Source of the DNA: Phoronis australis
Taxonomy: Eukaryota; Animalia; Phoronida
DNA: 36,286 nt
Assembly: GCA_002633005.1 (NCBI GenBank)
Contig: NMRA01001152.1
Span: 1-36,286 of the forward strand
Direction: 5' to 3'
This document shows positions 1 to 13,800 of this stretch, in pieces. The notes beneath the pieces are model-generated. The model saw nothing but the letters and a program-made list of their open reading frames with translations. It ran no database searches and had not been told where the DNA came from. The position numbers and the translations under genes are program-made. The stretch's first letter is position 1. The number at the start of each line of letters is the position of its first letter.

Positions 1-2212
1 TCGCGCGCGACCTACATAACTGAAATTTAACTGAATGTTGTAACTACGTTTGATCAGAATATCGTTCTTGTGCAGTTAAATTGTTTCAAAGAAATTTTGA
101 CGTGTCATTGTTAAACACGTTACTAGTCTTGCAACTTTAATCAGAATATCCTTCTTACAATAAATTAAATTAAGCTTGTTAAATGGGTTCATCGAGGTGA
201 GTTTGCTCTATGTAATTTCTATTTAAATCCACTCTTAGGATTTTTTTACTTTAGTAATTCACTTTATAACCACTGTGTTCTACTTTCGTATTTTTACACC
301 TAACTGCTCGTTTTCTCATTCGTCAGTTATTTTCCCTTTACGTCAGTGAAGGGCGCCATAGCTCATTCATCCATCTATCTTGTCCCGCACAAGAGATGTT
401 TGTTTCCCCCGTATTAATTTCCCACCCTCCACCCCGCGGGTAATTGGATTTCCCATTTCATCCCCTTTTCTATTTGGCTCTTCAGGCGTATTTCTCATAA
501 CCGCGTTGCGCTATTCTATTTACTCTGAGCGTTCTATATACCCGCCTTCATAGGCGTCTCTTTCTACGCCTAGCTTGCAAATTGTTTTGTAATACCTTTT
601 GTATTTACATCACATTACAAGATATTATTCGACAATCCACGTCTTGTTTTACTCCGTCTTCAACATAGCTTGTCGCATATTCCATGCAGAATAGATTGCC
701 ATAAAATAATAACAAAATGGAGCCGTTTTAAGTAAGTATTGACATGACATCGATAAAACCACAACTAGTCTTGACACGTTCATAAAGACATCGTTTTTAT
801 AGTGAGGTTCAAACATAATTTCATTGGCGCACTGTGATTACTGAACTCGGGCCAACGGGCCCATTAAAATTGGAAGCGAAAAAGTTAAAACAAACTAACA
901 CTGCCCGAAAGGTCCTCCAAATTGCCCCCATAGACTTGTGGCCGCGTGTATCAATTCACTCATGCCCACGCTTCCTGTAATGATCGGTGAAAATTTGATA
1001 CCGAGATCTTTTAAAGGTATGGGGTTGTTTATCTGTTTGAATGGAATGTAGGGGTAATAGTGCCCGTTCTCAACCCAAGGAGTATGAGGAAATCGTGAGT
1101 TTTCTCACACGTTAGACATTTATTATGGCTATTTGCAATTGTAAGAATTTTATATAATGCACTTTGATTGCCTTTTGCCTAGATCTGCTTTGTCAAGACG
1201 TAAGTGTGGAAGAAATTCTCTCACAATTTTAAAGAAACACATATGAAACTGGCAGTAATGAGAATATTTCGTAGTTGTAAGAAGCAAGAAATAAAGTAAG
1301 AAATTTGTTTGCTACGCGAATTGATGAGACGAGAAACTGATATTTTGATAATGCATCCGTAAGTGATACTTTATGGCTATGTTTAGAGACTCGTAGTCAT
1401 AAAACGGCAATTCATTAATACAAATTGTATTATATTCTATTTATTTTATTGTGTTGTACCACACATATTATAAAGTTTGTTATTTTCACGGCTGTATCGA
1501 GTAAAACGCCTTTAAACACTATGATAGGTGTATTCGACTTAATTTTGTGATATGGGCCAGAAGATTCTTTACTCTGCTAAATGTGTTTGATATTGTCATA
1601 TTCAACGTAATAATTATTTGTTTTTTATCATATTCAGACAACGATAACCGTTTTATTCAGAACCTTTTGCAAAGTGACGCTAAACTAGGACCCAATAAAA
1701 AGAATTCTGTGTTTATTGGGTCCCAGAGTTAAGTTAAACTACTGTGTGTAGGTACAGCAGTGATAGCTGTTCCTAGCTTTGCTTAGTGTTCCACTTTCAC
1801 CTGCCACTACTGACTTGTCTGTCAGTACATACCTTCTCCGGCGTCTTCGCTGGCAACATAAAGGATGGGAAGGAGCCCAGACTGAACTATACGGAGTGGG
1901 ACTCGTCTCTTAAAACATCTGCCAGTGAACATTTTATTTTACAAATGGTGTAACTACATCACTACCTACACAAGATTACAGGAAATCATTCTGGATTTTA
2001 TTCATATTCAAATAAAATTTCCAAAGTTGAAAACATGTTAAGACATCAAAGCATTTATAACGAAATGAATATAACAATTCCAGTGTGAAATGGTTGCCTA
2101 GAAACTTCAATTCATATCAACATGATTCACCCATGGGCAAGATTGAAACAAAAACTTCATTTCGCGACCTCAATACAACTCAGCAAACAAACATTTTTCT
2201 AGTGTTACTGAG

Positions 2213-2218
2213 TTTATT
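2213..2218 (-). promoter_or_regulatory. Candidate polyadenylation signal (AATAAA) of the RPTP transcript; others at 1997-2002 and 1933-1938
   Basis: First canonical AATAAA I found on the minus strand downstream of the stop; AT-rich context makes chance hits likely. Confidence 0.3.
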
Positions 2219-2724
2219 ATCATCCTTTACATAATTCTTGCAGCTTGCTCTAATGACCTCTGACCTCTGAATAACTCAATAACTTAAATATGAACATGGA
2301 TTCAACAATATATATCTCACTATATTCATGTATGTTTACAGTAACATAAATACATCAGATCATTGCACAAATACCTTACATAGACCAGCGTTCTTAACAC
2401 AGGTACTGTCATCTAACTGTTCTTCATATTCACACAGTAATAAGATACAGCAAGATTCGAGTGCCTGTGATTCGCTTAGTAAACGCTAGTCCTTTCAACA
2501 AATTAGGTAAACATTTCCAAGTTAACCACTGAAATAAAAGTTCGCTTCACTACTTATCCACACCGCCCCCTGGGGGGAGATTCTGTGAGGAAGGAAGTAG
2601 TGCCGATCATTCCTTGTGAGATCACTTTTACCAAACATTCCCATAATTTGGTCATATGACTTTTAGAATGAAAACATGCTCAAACGTTATGTACAGCTGC
2701 TTAACACCTCTATAGTTCATTTCC

Positions 2725-3065
2725 CAGCTCTTCAATGGATCCATTTTGCAAATGCATAGATAACCAGCGAGATAAACTGCAAGTTCTATAGCAAACATAT
2801 CTTGAGCAATCAGTGTTAGAACGAATACATTCGTTGTGAGGGCAATTGAAGTGATAAATCAAGTCAGTTTTTGGCCAAAATTCGAACTGACTTTGTGCAC
2901 ATATTGTTTTTAACCATAAGATCTTTAATTTTATGGTTTTGCTAATATACAATTAACGAAAGGCTATCTTCTGGTTTAACAGTCGTAACATTATTATGGA
3001 TGATCCATTTTAAAACTTGTTCATCTTCAATATAACGTGAATGGAATTGGTTTGCGGTAGAATAG
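2725..3065 (-). mobile_element. Penelope-like retroelement relic: linker + GIY-YIG endonuclease fragment (degenerate)
   Basis: Translation with frameshifts and stops: LFYR/NQFHSRYIEDEQVLKWIIHNNV...LIVY*QNHKIKDLMVKNN, then LIYHFNCPHNEC...YVCYRTCSLSRWLSMHLQNGSI, matching the PLE linker and VIYxFxC..YIGxT..LSRRLTMH pattern. Confidence 0.82.
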
Positions 3066-3337
3066 TTTCTTGGTACATGACTATACATATAAAAAATGAT
3101 GATTATGATGAATTTGGCATTAAAACCTCTATATAGGAAACCAACATATGATTGGGTTTGTTTACATGAAACTAGCAAATGTCCTCTGAGATATAAGCTC
3201 TCTGTTCTGACGTGCTTCTTGAATAGAGCATATTCTGCATGCCTAGACTGGGAAACCTTTAACACTGAGTGTAAGCGCATCAAGCAAATTATGATAAATA
3301 ACGGTTATAGTTTGTTGGTGAAAATACGAAGCTTTTC
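3066..3337 (+). mobile_element. Penelope-like retroelement relic: RT C-terminal (thumb) fragment, inverted relative to the endonuclease part
   Basis: IKTSI/YRKPT...SKCPLRYKLSVLTCFLNRAYSACLDWETFNTECKRIKQIMINNGY matches the PLE TSVYRKPT..S.CP..YK....RA..C...E...KQ.L.NNGY motif. Confidence 0.85.
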
Positions 3338-3688
3338 ATACGCCGCTTACATAAGCCTATGTGTTTAAAACTAATAGAGTCAATTGGTTCAACGAAATGT
3401 CAAAAAGGTGGACACTATACTGATACATTTTTGGTGATAAAGCAATCTCAAGATTCTTAAGTACGACAGCGTAAACTCCGTATTCATGAATTCTGCCCAC
3501 GTGTAATCTGGAAATCCATGTAGTTCACGAAATACCCAACTTAAAACCTGAACGTGTGGAGAAGTCTCGCGAATTCGCACGATCAAGCAAATGTCACGTC
3601 AGCCTTTTCAGTAACTCTTAGAATTGTTCAAGTCATCGCTTGAGAAGTGATGGGTGATGTTCTGCGGAGATCTGTCTTCACTGTCTCA

Positions 3689-3763
3689 CTACGAAAAGTT
3701 TGCATACGTATCAAATGCCTGTATAAATCTTTCTGCCATGTGGTACAGCGACGTGTATTGGGC
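3689..3763 (-). CDS. RPTP last coding exon ([24 protein letters not shown])
   Basis: Acceptor ttttttcag, phase 0, TAG at 3689-3691; PTP C-terminal QY..Y helix and YANF tail. Confidence 0.93.
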   Translation of the reverse strand, partial: AQYTSLYHMAERFIQAFDTYANFS

Positions 3764-6700
3764 CTGAAAAAATACATAATCCTTTTAATAAACATGTAGA
3801 GAGCAGACAAAGGGCTGATCAGAGACAGGCCTCTCAATCTTTTCACCTCGCGAGCTTAAAGAATCTGCTCGTCCGCGAAGCGTTTCCGCTTCCCACACTA
3901 CACATTCACAACTCAAAAAATATACTGATCACGACATGGGAAAACACGGCGTGCGAGTGCCGCAGACCGTCCAAAGTATTGTTAATTTTATGGGCTTTAT
4001 AATTTGTTAAGCCTATACTTCGTCAAAATTCAAAAGCTTACCAAGTTAACAATGAACTGCCACCGGGAAGATCTGATCTTCTTCACAGTCTGGAACACGT
4101 CCACGCCCTTTTCAACTTTGATCTTCCCAAACAAGTTGGCAAGAGCACACAGATATCCGCTACGTGCACAACCATCCCTTCAAAGAAGCGGTGAAAATCA
4201 GTTTGGTGAAAGTCAGGGGCAATTTTCGCAGTCGCAGGACACAAACGAATGATCACGAGTTTCGTTTGCAACGCATGGCGGTATCATGTGATGAACTGCG
4301 TGGTCTCACTTTTCACGCAATACAGGAGTCCACGGTTTCAAATTAAGCATCCATAGCGCGAGCACACTGGTATGGGAAGAAATTACTAGGTAGAGTAAAC
4401 ATATTTTACATTGTGCTCTGTGTAGACCCGGCAATAAAATGCAGATTTCTTTTAAATAGTCATTAAAAAACCCGTTTGATAAAAAATTGTAGCCACCAGC
4501 ATGTGAATAGTAGTGCGGGTTTGCTTGGACACGGAGACTTACAGATTATTTATGAAATTGGTTTTTATCTGAACCTCGGTATCGCTGGACTGCTGATACT
4601 GGACAAATTGGTGACATTCATAATTAAAAATTGTAATAATATAATGATTTCAATTTAAAACATTTAAAATCTTTCATTTTCTTCGTATCAAGAGCTAACC
4701 AAGAGCACCAATACGGATCCCGGGGGACATCATGAAAACGTGAGCTACCTTTCAAGCATCCTGATTTTTACCTACATTATTGGCATCTTACAAGACAAAC
4801 CAAGGCGGAGCATAAGAGGTGAGCGAAAAGACAGTTTCTAGCCATCCTGAATATGTCCGGAATGGTATTATTACGACCTTTGACAATAAAAATTTTTCAA
4901 AAATGCTTGGTTTTAAGATGCCTTATTACTTTCCCGTCCACGTATATAGAAAACTTACGAGAATCCGTTTGTTTGGTATGCTTGATAAAATATTCAAAAT
5001 GGTGGACGAAATCGTGGATTCGTGTATCAACTGGCTTTACGGAACGCAGACCGATGTCTAGGATCTAGATTCATGTTCGAAACTTCTGCAATCACGTGCA
5101 TGACAGACTTCAAATTTCTAACTTCACTCGAAGGTGTCACACAATTGGTCAAGGTTAGTGCCCAGTACCAAGTACAAAGTTTAGACCACCGGCCGTGGAA
5201 CAAATGTTGATGGACACATTAACCTTTTTGGTCAGTGTTTTACTTGTAATGAATGCAGTAAATCCGATTTATCGTATCAAAATTACTCACCAACAGTGCA
5301 CTACGACAGCGTGCTCTCCAGTTTGGTGTCGAGACGATTCCACAATCTCAAGAAGTTCAATAAGTGCACTTTGTACACCAGCTGGTGGTGCAACCAGTTT
5401 GTTAGGCCAGCCTCTCACTTCAAAATGTTTGATTGTTCGACCTCTGTCGTTTGGCTGAAAGCAAAACCTTATTTGAGATTGACCTTTGGCGAGAAGCGAC
5501 GCGTTTCTACTCTTCCCTTCACGACATGGTGTTTACGTTTAGCTGCACAGCGGAAATCCACAAAAAGTTCTCTAAGACTTTATCTTTGTTTACGTAACGA
5601 AATGGCCATGTTGTCCCATTTTTTGTTTAGTTAGGAACCCGAAAACGGTCAACTTTAGTTTGCACAAATCACTTATTTCTTATACTTATCCCCCTCATTG
5701 TCCGTAATTTTGCAACTATGATGGTCTGTGGAAAAGCTTGGTTTAAGTTTTCATTTCATTGTGCACCGACATACACTATTTTATCCTATTCTTATATAGT
5801 CTATTCTATACTGTGTGCGATTTTTAAATCATTGACAGAAAAACAAGTGAACAAACAAGCTTATGGATATTATGTATAGCCTTATGTATAAGTATATTCG
5901 GGGGACAGAAAGTCTCATCATTAAAAACGAATCTGTCCTTTTGTCTTGGGTCCCCTTGGCTAATTTTCTTGGGTTACGCTATTGGCAAAAAGTATTCTAC
6001 ATATGGTTTGGAGAGATAATGGTTTACATAGTGCAAACTAATAGAACAGTTGGACTTTCACAAAAATGCATCATATCATCATGAAAACGCAACAAAAACA
6101 AAATAGCACCTACAAATCCATGTTTAAAGTAAATGCCAGTTCAGTCTCCATGCTGTGACCTTTGTACTCTTCTTTTTAAGATAAGTACAGGAGTACGTTA
6201 TGATTCAGGTGGATAACTGTCTAATCCCAGCTTTTTATGGCGGCAGAAATAAAATTACAGGTGAATAAATTTAATGTCCAGTTTTACTCCATACCTTGAT
6301 TTTGTTTTGCTTTTTAGTTGCACGAGTCAATCATTTGTGTAAACCTCAATACACTAGAACATCGAAAAATATGCACTTATCCCAAGTATGTTTCAGAGAA
6401 GTACGATTAATGCCAAACACAATTTTGATTTGCAGTTTGGAGTACCGACCCCAGGACGAGAAAACCCTGACGACCAATGTCGCAGCTGCAAAGAATGTGA
6501 GACTAAAACACAAGCGTGATAAGAGTGCATAATGACATTCTGTCACTTAACAGTCACGATTCCTGCTAGGCACGGAGAATTTAGGGAAATTTATGGCCCC
6601 TTCATGATCATTCCAGAAGTGCACACATTTCCCACAATTCCTCAGAATGTGTATGCAAACGATCAATGCTGACGTCTAAACCAGAGAAGACACGCGTCAT

Positions 6701-7825
6701 GGGAGTAGTGGCATACCTTTTTCATAGTTTCAGTCAAAGTGAGAGTTCTCTGCTTAATGACGTCACAATGGTGACTTCTGGAACCAACGAATTTAATCTC
6801 ATAACGCTCGAAAAGCATCGTTCCTTCATCTGGCCAGTATTGAGGAGATTTCTGAAATAATGGAATATGACAAACTCAACTTAGACAGGGGATCTCTTCG
6901 TAGGGACTAACTACAGGAATGGTTTTGTTTCCAGTTATGCCTTGGTTACATAAAGCTTACAATGTCTATTAAACGAGGTTGCCGCAGAAAAATGATCATG
7001 TTGGATGACCGTCGGGCGATGATCGGTAGCGCCAATGAAAACTCGTTATCAACAAAAGCCCAATCACTTCTGCTAATCCCATAATTAACCTATCGCAAGC
7101 TCCGCCCCTTGCGAAATGTCGACAAACAAACAATAAGTTTTACCTGGTAACGTGTGTTGTTTGTCGGGTAAAATAGCGGCTTGGAAACGAAGGTGTGTCA
7201 AGAATGCTGCGTTCTCATTGGTCGGTTAAGCCGTTGCTCAAAATCCTGGCGATAGATCAATTGTCCGCTCGTGCTAGGACTCGGACGTCGACCGATATGT
7301 GAGCAGGCATAAGGAGGCTTACAAAGACGTTTTTTGTAACATTTTGTTCTTTGGAAAAAGAAAATATTAGAAATTGATAACTTAATCAACAACTTTAACA
7401 TAACATCAAACACCATGCTCTTTACAGAAGACGTGTTAACTCAGCAATCAGCAACGAATCTCACATCGTCTTTTCCATTGGTATCGTTCAACATGACGAT
7501 CACGTGACATTCGTGATCGTGAACCATCCTCCAGAAATCGCCAACGGTGTTGGGTAACGGGCTTTGTGTTACGATGAAGGCATCGCGTTGATTATATCCC
7601 TGAAACAATACCAAACGGAAATAACGTAAAACCGCTTCTATATGCGAACGTTAAAGTTTTCTAATATTCGGGTATCACCATTTAGTTTGGTGAAAAATCC
7701 CGCACTATTACCTACTCGAACCATTTAAAGCTGTCATAAACCGGCGTTGTGTGCAAGAAGCAAACCTTTGATTTACTCCCCTTATATCTATCTGATACCA
7801 ACTCGTCTCAACGTGTTCCTTAATC

Positions 7826-7892
<67 letters not shown>

Positions 7893-10800
7893 CGGCGCAA
7901 ACTATGATACGCCGTGAAAAAACAACTTGTGGCTACTGATCTCAAGCAACAATCAGATCTCTCCAATACCTAGATTATTGCTAAATTAATTAGTCACACT
8001 TTCACCACAGAGCGTGATCAAATGTTAGTTTTGTGATGGACAGATATGTTTATAGCCCCTTTCAATCAACGTGTGAAAACAGATGAAGTCTCCATTGTAT
8101 GAATCACCTTTGAGAAACAATGGTGGTCAGTACTCATCTGTGTTGGCCCTGTTTGTGAAATTTCTAGTTTCTGGTTGCGGTATCATCTAAGACACAGTAC
8201 TTTCATTGAAACAGTACTTACATCGACAAATACAGCATTAATATAATCGTTTCCGCCTTTTTCTGCCGCGGTCACCAAATACGGTCTTGACCTTCCCACT
8301 GAAATGATATTCAACATTTACACGTAAGAATTTGTATCTCAAGTAAGAACGAAAGCATCGATTCAACACAAAAGAGGCCAGTGAATTTATCAAGTTGTTG
8401 ATTAGTTTGGTACAATGCCTGTTTTGGATATCTAACATCAAAGTACTCACGCGGAAGAATATTTTGGTCTCTGTTCTTAGAAATGTTTTCTTTTAACCGT
8501 CCTGCGGCGTATTCTTCATCGTCACCGGCATGACACAAGCGGTTTACTGTCTACAATGCAAGTGAATCAGTTCCAGCCGTGTTACTCTTAACTTCAAACC
8601 GTCAGTAAGCAGGGCAAACTAATCTTCTGGATTCATAAACAGAAATTGACAAAGGCTATGTGTATTTAAAGTCATAAGCCTGCAAAATATAAAGCGCTAA
8701 GTAAATTGCTAGGCCGGAAAGTATAGGTATGCTGTCCGTTTTGAACTAAGCAACAAATCAAGTATTTCCTAAAAACACATGTGCCTGACTTTTTTTCCAC
8801 GTATCCAAACTTTTAAAAGTATGGATACCTGGAAAAAAAGCCCTTGCTCTGCTGATTAACAAAATCAAGACCGATTTCGGTTCTTTACGAAATGAATGTG
8901 GGTGCCTCCGGGGCGTTTGTGCACCTGAATAAGGCAATGGCCCACCGAGACTCACCCTGAACTCTTTCTGGAGAATACTATCGGTGACCGTGAGTTCCTT
9001 AAGACGAGACACAAATTTAGCTGTTGGAATGAAGGTGTCGCCACTGTGCAATTTCTCTACCATGGCGGTGTAGATGAACTTGTACTGGTCCTAATGTGAA
9101 AATGTTAGATAAATTTTGTGGTCGCACTGCTACTAGGCCCAATGTACTTGCCATTGTAGGATTGGTTAGAGACCAAAATTGTTACAGCTCTTCAACATAA
9201 ACGATATTTTTAAAGTCGCTCGTTTGTTCTACAAATATTCACGGTCGTCTAAAAATAATTAGGAAGTGTTTGTTCAATGAACAACAGCTTTTGTCTTCCA
9301 ACACTAGCACTGCTCAGTTTTGTTGCTTCAAGTTGATAGGACTTCAATAGACTAACTGAAGGGAAACTCGAAAAGAACAATTACTTGACCAAAATGGGGA
9401 CAATATATAACAAAAATACAATACTAAGGTCCTTTTACAGATAAAAAAGAACAAATTAAAGTGTGTGCAATCCATACTAGCAATTTGTTGGATGTCCACT
9501 CATTCTTCTAAATAATGACTAGTCATCTGTGTCGGCTACTTGAGTTCCCGCCATTCATTGCACGTGCGATGTTTTCCTTTAATCCAAAAGATCAGTTGCT
9601 TTGGTTGATTAGGCAGTGTGACCTGATGTGACAGGTGCCCGCTTTCTTTACTCGAGGTCGTGGATTCCAGTCAAACGCGGCCACACTGCTAAACGCTTGA
9701 CTCAAAGTTTTTAGCTCGTCGGCTCAGATTTAACTATATATTAATAAAGTACAAAAGTGGTTCCAGGTGATCAGTGAAGGGGGCCCACATGCGCCGCCTG
9801 ACCACGTTTGGTACACAGTGTATGGAATTTCAAGTCTGTCAGTAGATAACGTGAGTGGGTTTTACACGTCATAGCGTTCGCGAACACTCGTTTACTTGTA
9901 AATCTATCTTGTAACGCGTTACTGCGTTCCAAAACCCGTTAACGCGACCGCTGAACGCATCTCAGTTAACCCTGAAAGGCGCTTAAACCCAACCCATATG
10001 ATTGACAGTCCTTGTCACACATTGACATCGCCGGGAATTGTGGACATAAACAAGTTAGTGGAGGGATCAAGTGGGCGATTTAATTACGCGATAATTGAGA
10101 CGTCATCTTTGAATGAACTGCTTCCATTCATTGACTCGGTAATCGGAAGCCGCATCAATTTAAAATTTTGCCTAACGCGCACGTGTGTAATATGTAAACG
10201 CAAAGGTGTAAAATCCGCACGCGTTAGTTACTGACAGACTTGGAATTCCCTAAACGTGTACAAGATCACCTGCGAATATTTCTTATGGTGATTAATTATT
10301 TTTTTCTTTTGTTGCGAAACTAAATTATGATACCAGAAAAGGATATAGCGCAAAATATCCAAATCTAGTTCTTCCTTGCGTTAAAGTGTTGCTATGGCCA
10401 TTTCAATAATCATTCCCAGATATAACTAAACACGTTCCAGTTCACCTTTTTCTAATTTTTCTGCAGCAACCTCTATATTATTCAAAATCTCAAGTCTTAA
10501 CACGCAGGCACAGAGTTAATTTCGGGAAATGGCATTGATGTGCCAATTCTAAACACTGCGTTTAAACATACCAGCGTTTGGACCATATTCACGCGCTGCT
10601 GGCGCAGTTGCCTAAGTTGGCCCATTACGTCAATTGCTCCCTCTGCCTCTGCTTGATCGGACAGAATGTCCATCATGATGAAAGTGCCAGTTCGACCAAC
10701 GCCGGCACTGCAAGAAGTTGACATGAAACCGTTACTACGTCTAAACTAACTTCCCTGCGAAGTCTCCTCCCTCCCATCAGCATACCTCAACCAAACTTTA

Positions 10801-13800
10801 CATGTTCACGGTACCACTTATTAATAGCCTTTCGGCGAGTGCAAACGTTTGAGTCACAGGTTCACGATCATGTGTGCGTTGTGTTACCTTTTAGTTTCGG
10901 CTACACGCACGCCCACTTTAGTGGTGGCGCTGAAATCAATGACCAAATCACAGACAATAATCTGTTCGATTTGGCGCTGTTAGATGACTTAAAGCTACTG
11001 GGCGTTGCCGTGTTCATATTAGATGCGGGTGATAATCTAAGAAAAACTTATAACAAAAGCATAAGAATAGAGTTTGCATCTATGAAAGAAGAGCTAGTCA
11101 ATGTATCATTTTAGTTAGCTAATCACTGTGTTTTATGTACATTTTAATCCAGTGATGTTTAGCGTAGAGCAAAAGAACAATGTAATATTCGTGATTATTA
11201 CTGAGGCTTTCCTGAGAAGAATCAGAAACGCGACAAAGACCTTAGAACAAAGGCCATTTTTTAATTATAAAGGAGTAAGACATAATGCACTGAACCTACA
11301 CCACCACCAGGATGGCAAACGTTTCAAGAAAAAATGTAAAAAGCACTTGAAACTCACGTTGTGCACTTAAGCGAGATCATCTGTCTGACCACAGCCGTCC
11401 GCAGNTATACTACAAGGTATGACACTCGGGACAAGGAATTTCACGAAAGCTTTACTTCACCCGTCCATATCAAACACAAAACTCAATAATATTACACAAA
11501 ACAGGGGCTCAGCAAAGCATGAGCAATTGTTCTTTCTTCTGATAGCATTCACAGTGTCCTGGCCTAGCGATTTTTGTTCTTTGACCGCGAATTTGTTGCG
11601 ACAGAGCAGGACATCGTAAATGCTATCAGAAGACAGAACAATTGCTCATGGTTTGTTGAACCCGTCTTTTGAAAATTTAATAAGTTTAAATTTGTGTTTG
11701 ATATGGACGGCTGAAGTGAAGCACCAGGGGAAATCCTAGTCCCGAGTGTCATATATTGTATTATATACATGGTGTATTGTATTGGGGACTTTTAGAAACT
11801 GATGACGCCTTTGCATAGGACAAGACAAAACGCCAAAATTTAGGTCAGCATTGTGACGTAGTAAGCAAAGGATGTCGACCTCTCACATCCATGTTCGCGT
11901 TTAACGTGTGGTAGAAGCTCTCAATTGCTTCGGCTTTTGTTTATGTCCCTTCACGAGTGAGGCCGTAGGAAGTCACTTAATAAAGCTTAAAACTTGCAAA
12001 GAACAGTTTTTATAATCTATTTGTTCTCGAAAACAATTATTTGCCATTCCAGGGGAATGGAGATATTTTTCAAGTGAGGGGTTGGACGCAAAAAAATTGT
12101 AGGTCAACATTTTGCTGTACAACAGTAAACAAAAAATGTCACCTCATGCATTGGCACTCCCGTTTGAACTCGTGACGGGACTACCTGATATGTGTTTTAT
12201 CTTTTATGTACTGAGCATTGAAAACGTTTCGTAGAGATTTGATGAACGAGCTGCGTACTTCAGGAATTATGGATACAAATCAGAAGACATTCTATCGAGC
12301 TAAAGTGCATGTTGAAAATACCTGCAGTGTACCACGGTGGGTACGCCGTCATTATCTTCCCGGATGTGGTCTTTGACGATTTGGTGGAACTTCCACAGAG
12401 CTGAAGAGCTGCTGGGAACTCCGTGGTCTGGCCAGGACGTGAAGTGGTACTGGGTCGTCTTAAGCGGCTCCGCTTTTGTATCCAGCTGTTTTCAAATTGC
12501 GAATGAAATTTGCAGAAGTTGATTTTGTTGTGAGTTCTGACTTGCCTCAAGATTGATAATTACACGCGTATTTACATTACTTTTTAAAAGATATTTTACA
12601 TCAATAACAATGTTTAAGAAGTAAGTGTTATAGATGATGAATGATGCACTTGAGTACAAATTATTTTAAAGGTAACGGCCATGCTAAGGACATTATGAGC
12701 TTTTACTTATATACCTGTACTATTTCAAATTTCCTTATCGTGTAATGGTCCTCTCTTTCAATATCAACAGGGACCACCTTGATATCACCGTGTGTTATCG
12801 CCGTATTCACAGGCCAGTACTGCTCACACTTGCGCTACAGTGATAATATTTACAGTACATCAACCGTAGCAAGTACATGTGTTGTCTCTCAGAACGTCAG
12901 ATTTATCTTCGTTGTACAATGGGGAGTGAAATGATGGAACACAAAACAAGTCCAACTCTAATTTTGTCAAAATTTTACGTGCACTTATTAGAACTTTGTT
13001 GTTTTGAGTGGAACTGAACACATCTTTACCCGAATTTCATCAGCTTGCGTCGAAATGCACCAAAGCATCGATTTATTAAAGCGTTACCAATAGATCGACT
13101 TAGGGATTCCCTCCAGACGCGACCATCAACATTTTTGGGGCGTAATTGACGATTTGTTGTTGCTTCCCTTTAAACACTCTTCATTCGCCGTCTTTGGGTC
13201 AGGTGGATAGAAATCTTGTATGAGATTGTATTTTGGAAAAGAATGAAGTCGATTTGCGACATAACTTTCCTACATGGTTTGCTTATAAATAATAGAAATT
13301 ATGAATAAGGACTTTCAATATATTTCCCTTTTTTCGACTGCTTTGAGCAGAAGAGTTCAACAACATCATATAATACAATCATTGAGATGTAGTGGATCAA
13401 CGATCAACAAAAGCTTTCAGGATTCCTGTCTAGGATTTCTAATGAAGTTTCCATTGTCAACACTCTATATAATCAATTGATGATTCAAAGCGGAGAAATC
13501 ATCTAGTGCTTACCTTGCCGTCTTCAACACACTTTGTTACCATGACGATCCTTCTCACTCCTTCTTGCCATATCATTCTCCAAAAGTCGTCCACAGTGTG
13601 TTTGTTGGGACCTGCAATAAGCAAACGAACAGAGGTACGAATCAGAGCACCAAAACTCATTTTCAATATACTATCTCCTTTTCATTTTAGTTAAACCTTC
13701 ATGAGAAGAATTTTTTCAAAGTAAACAAGTTTGTGTTCAGAGTTAACGTTTAGTTTTTTATCTTCCCATAGAATTAATGGGGATACGTCATCGAAATGGC

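Noticed and set aside
9612-9810. Degenerate SINE; similar core-like fragments near 22740-22900, 25440-25500 and 27290-27350
   Set aside because: Only faint A/B-box or core resemblance; boundaries cannot be supported without a repeat library.
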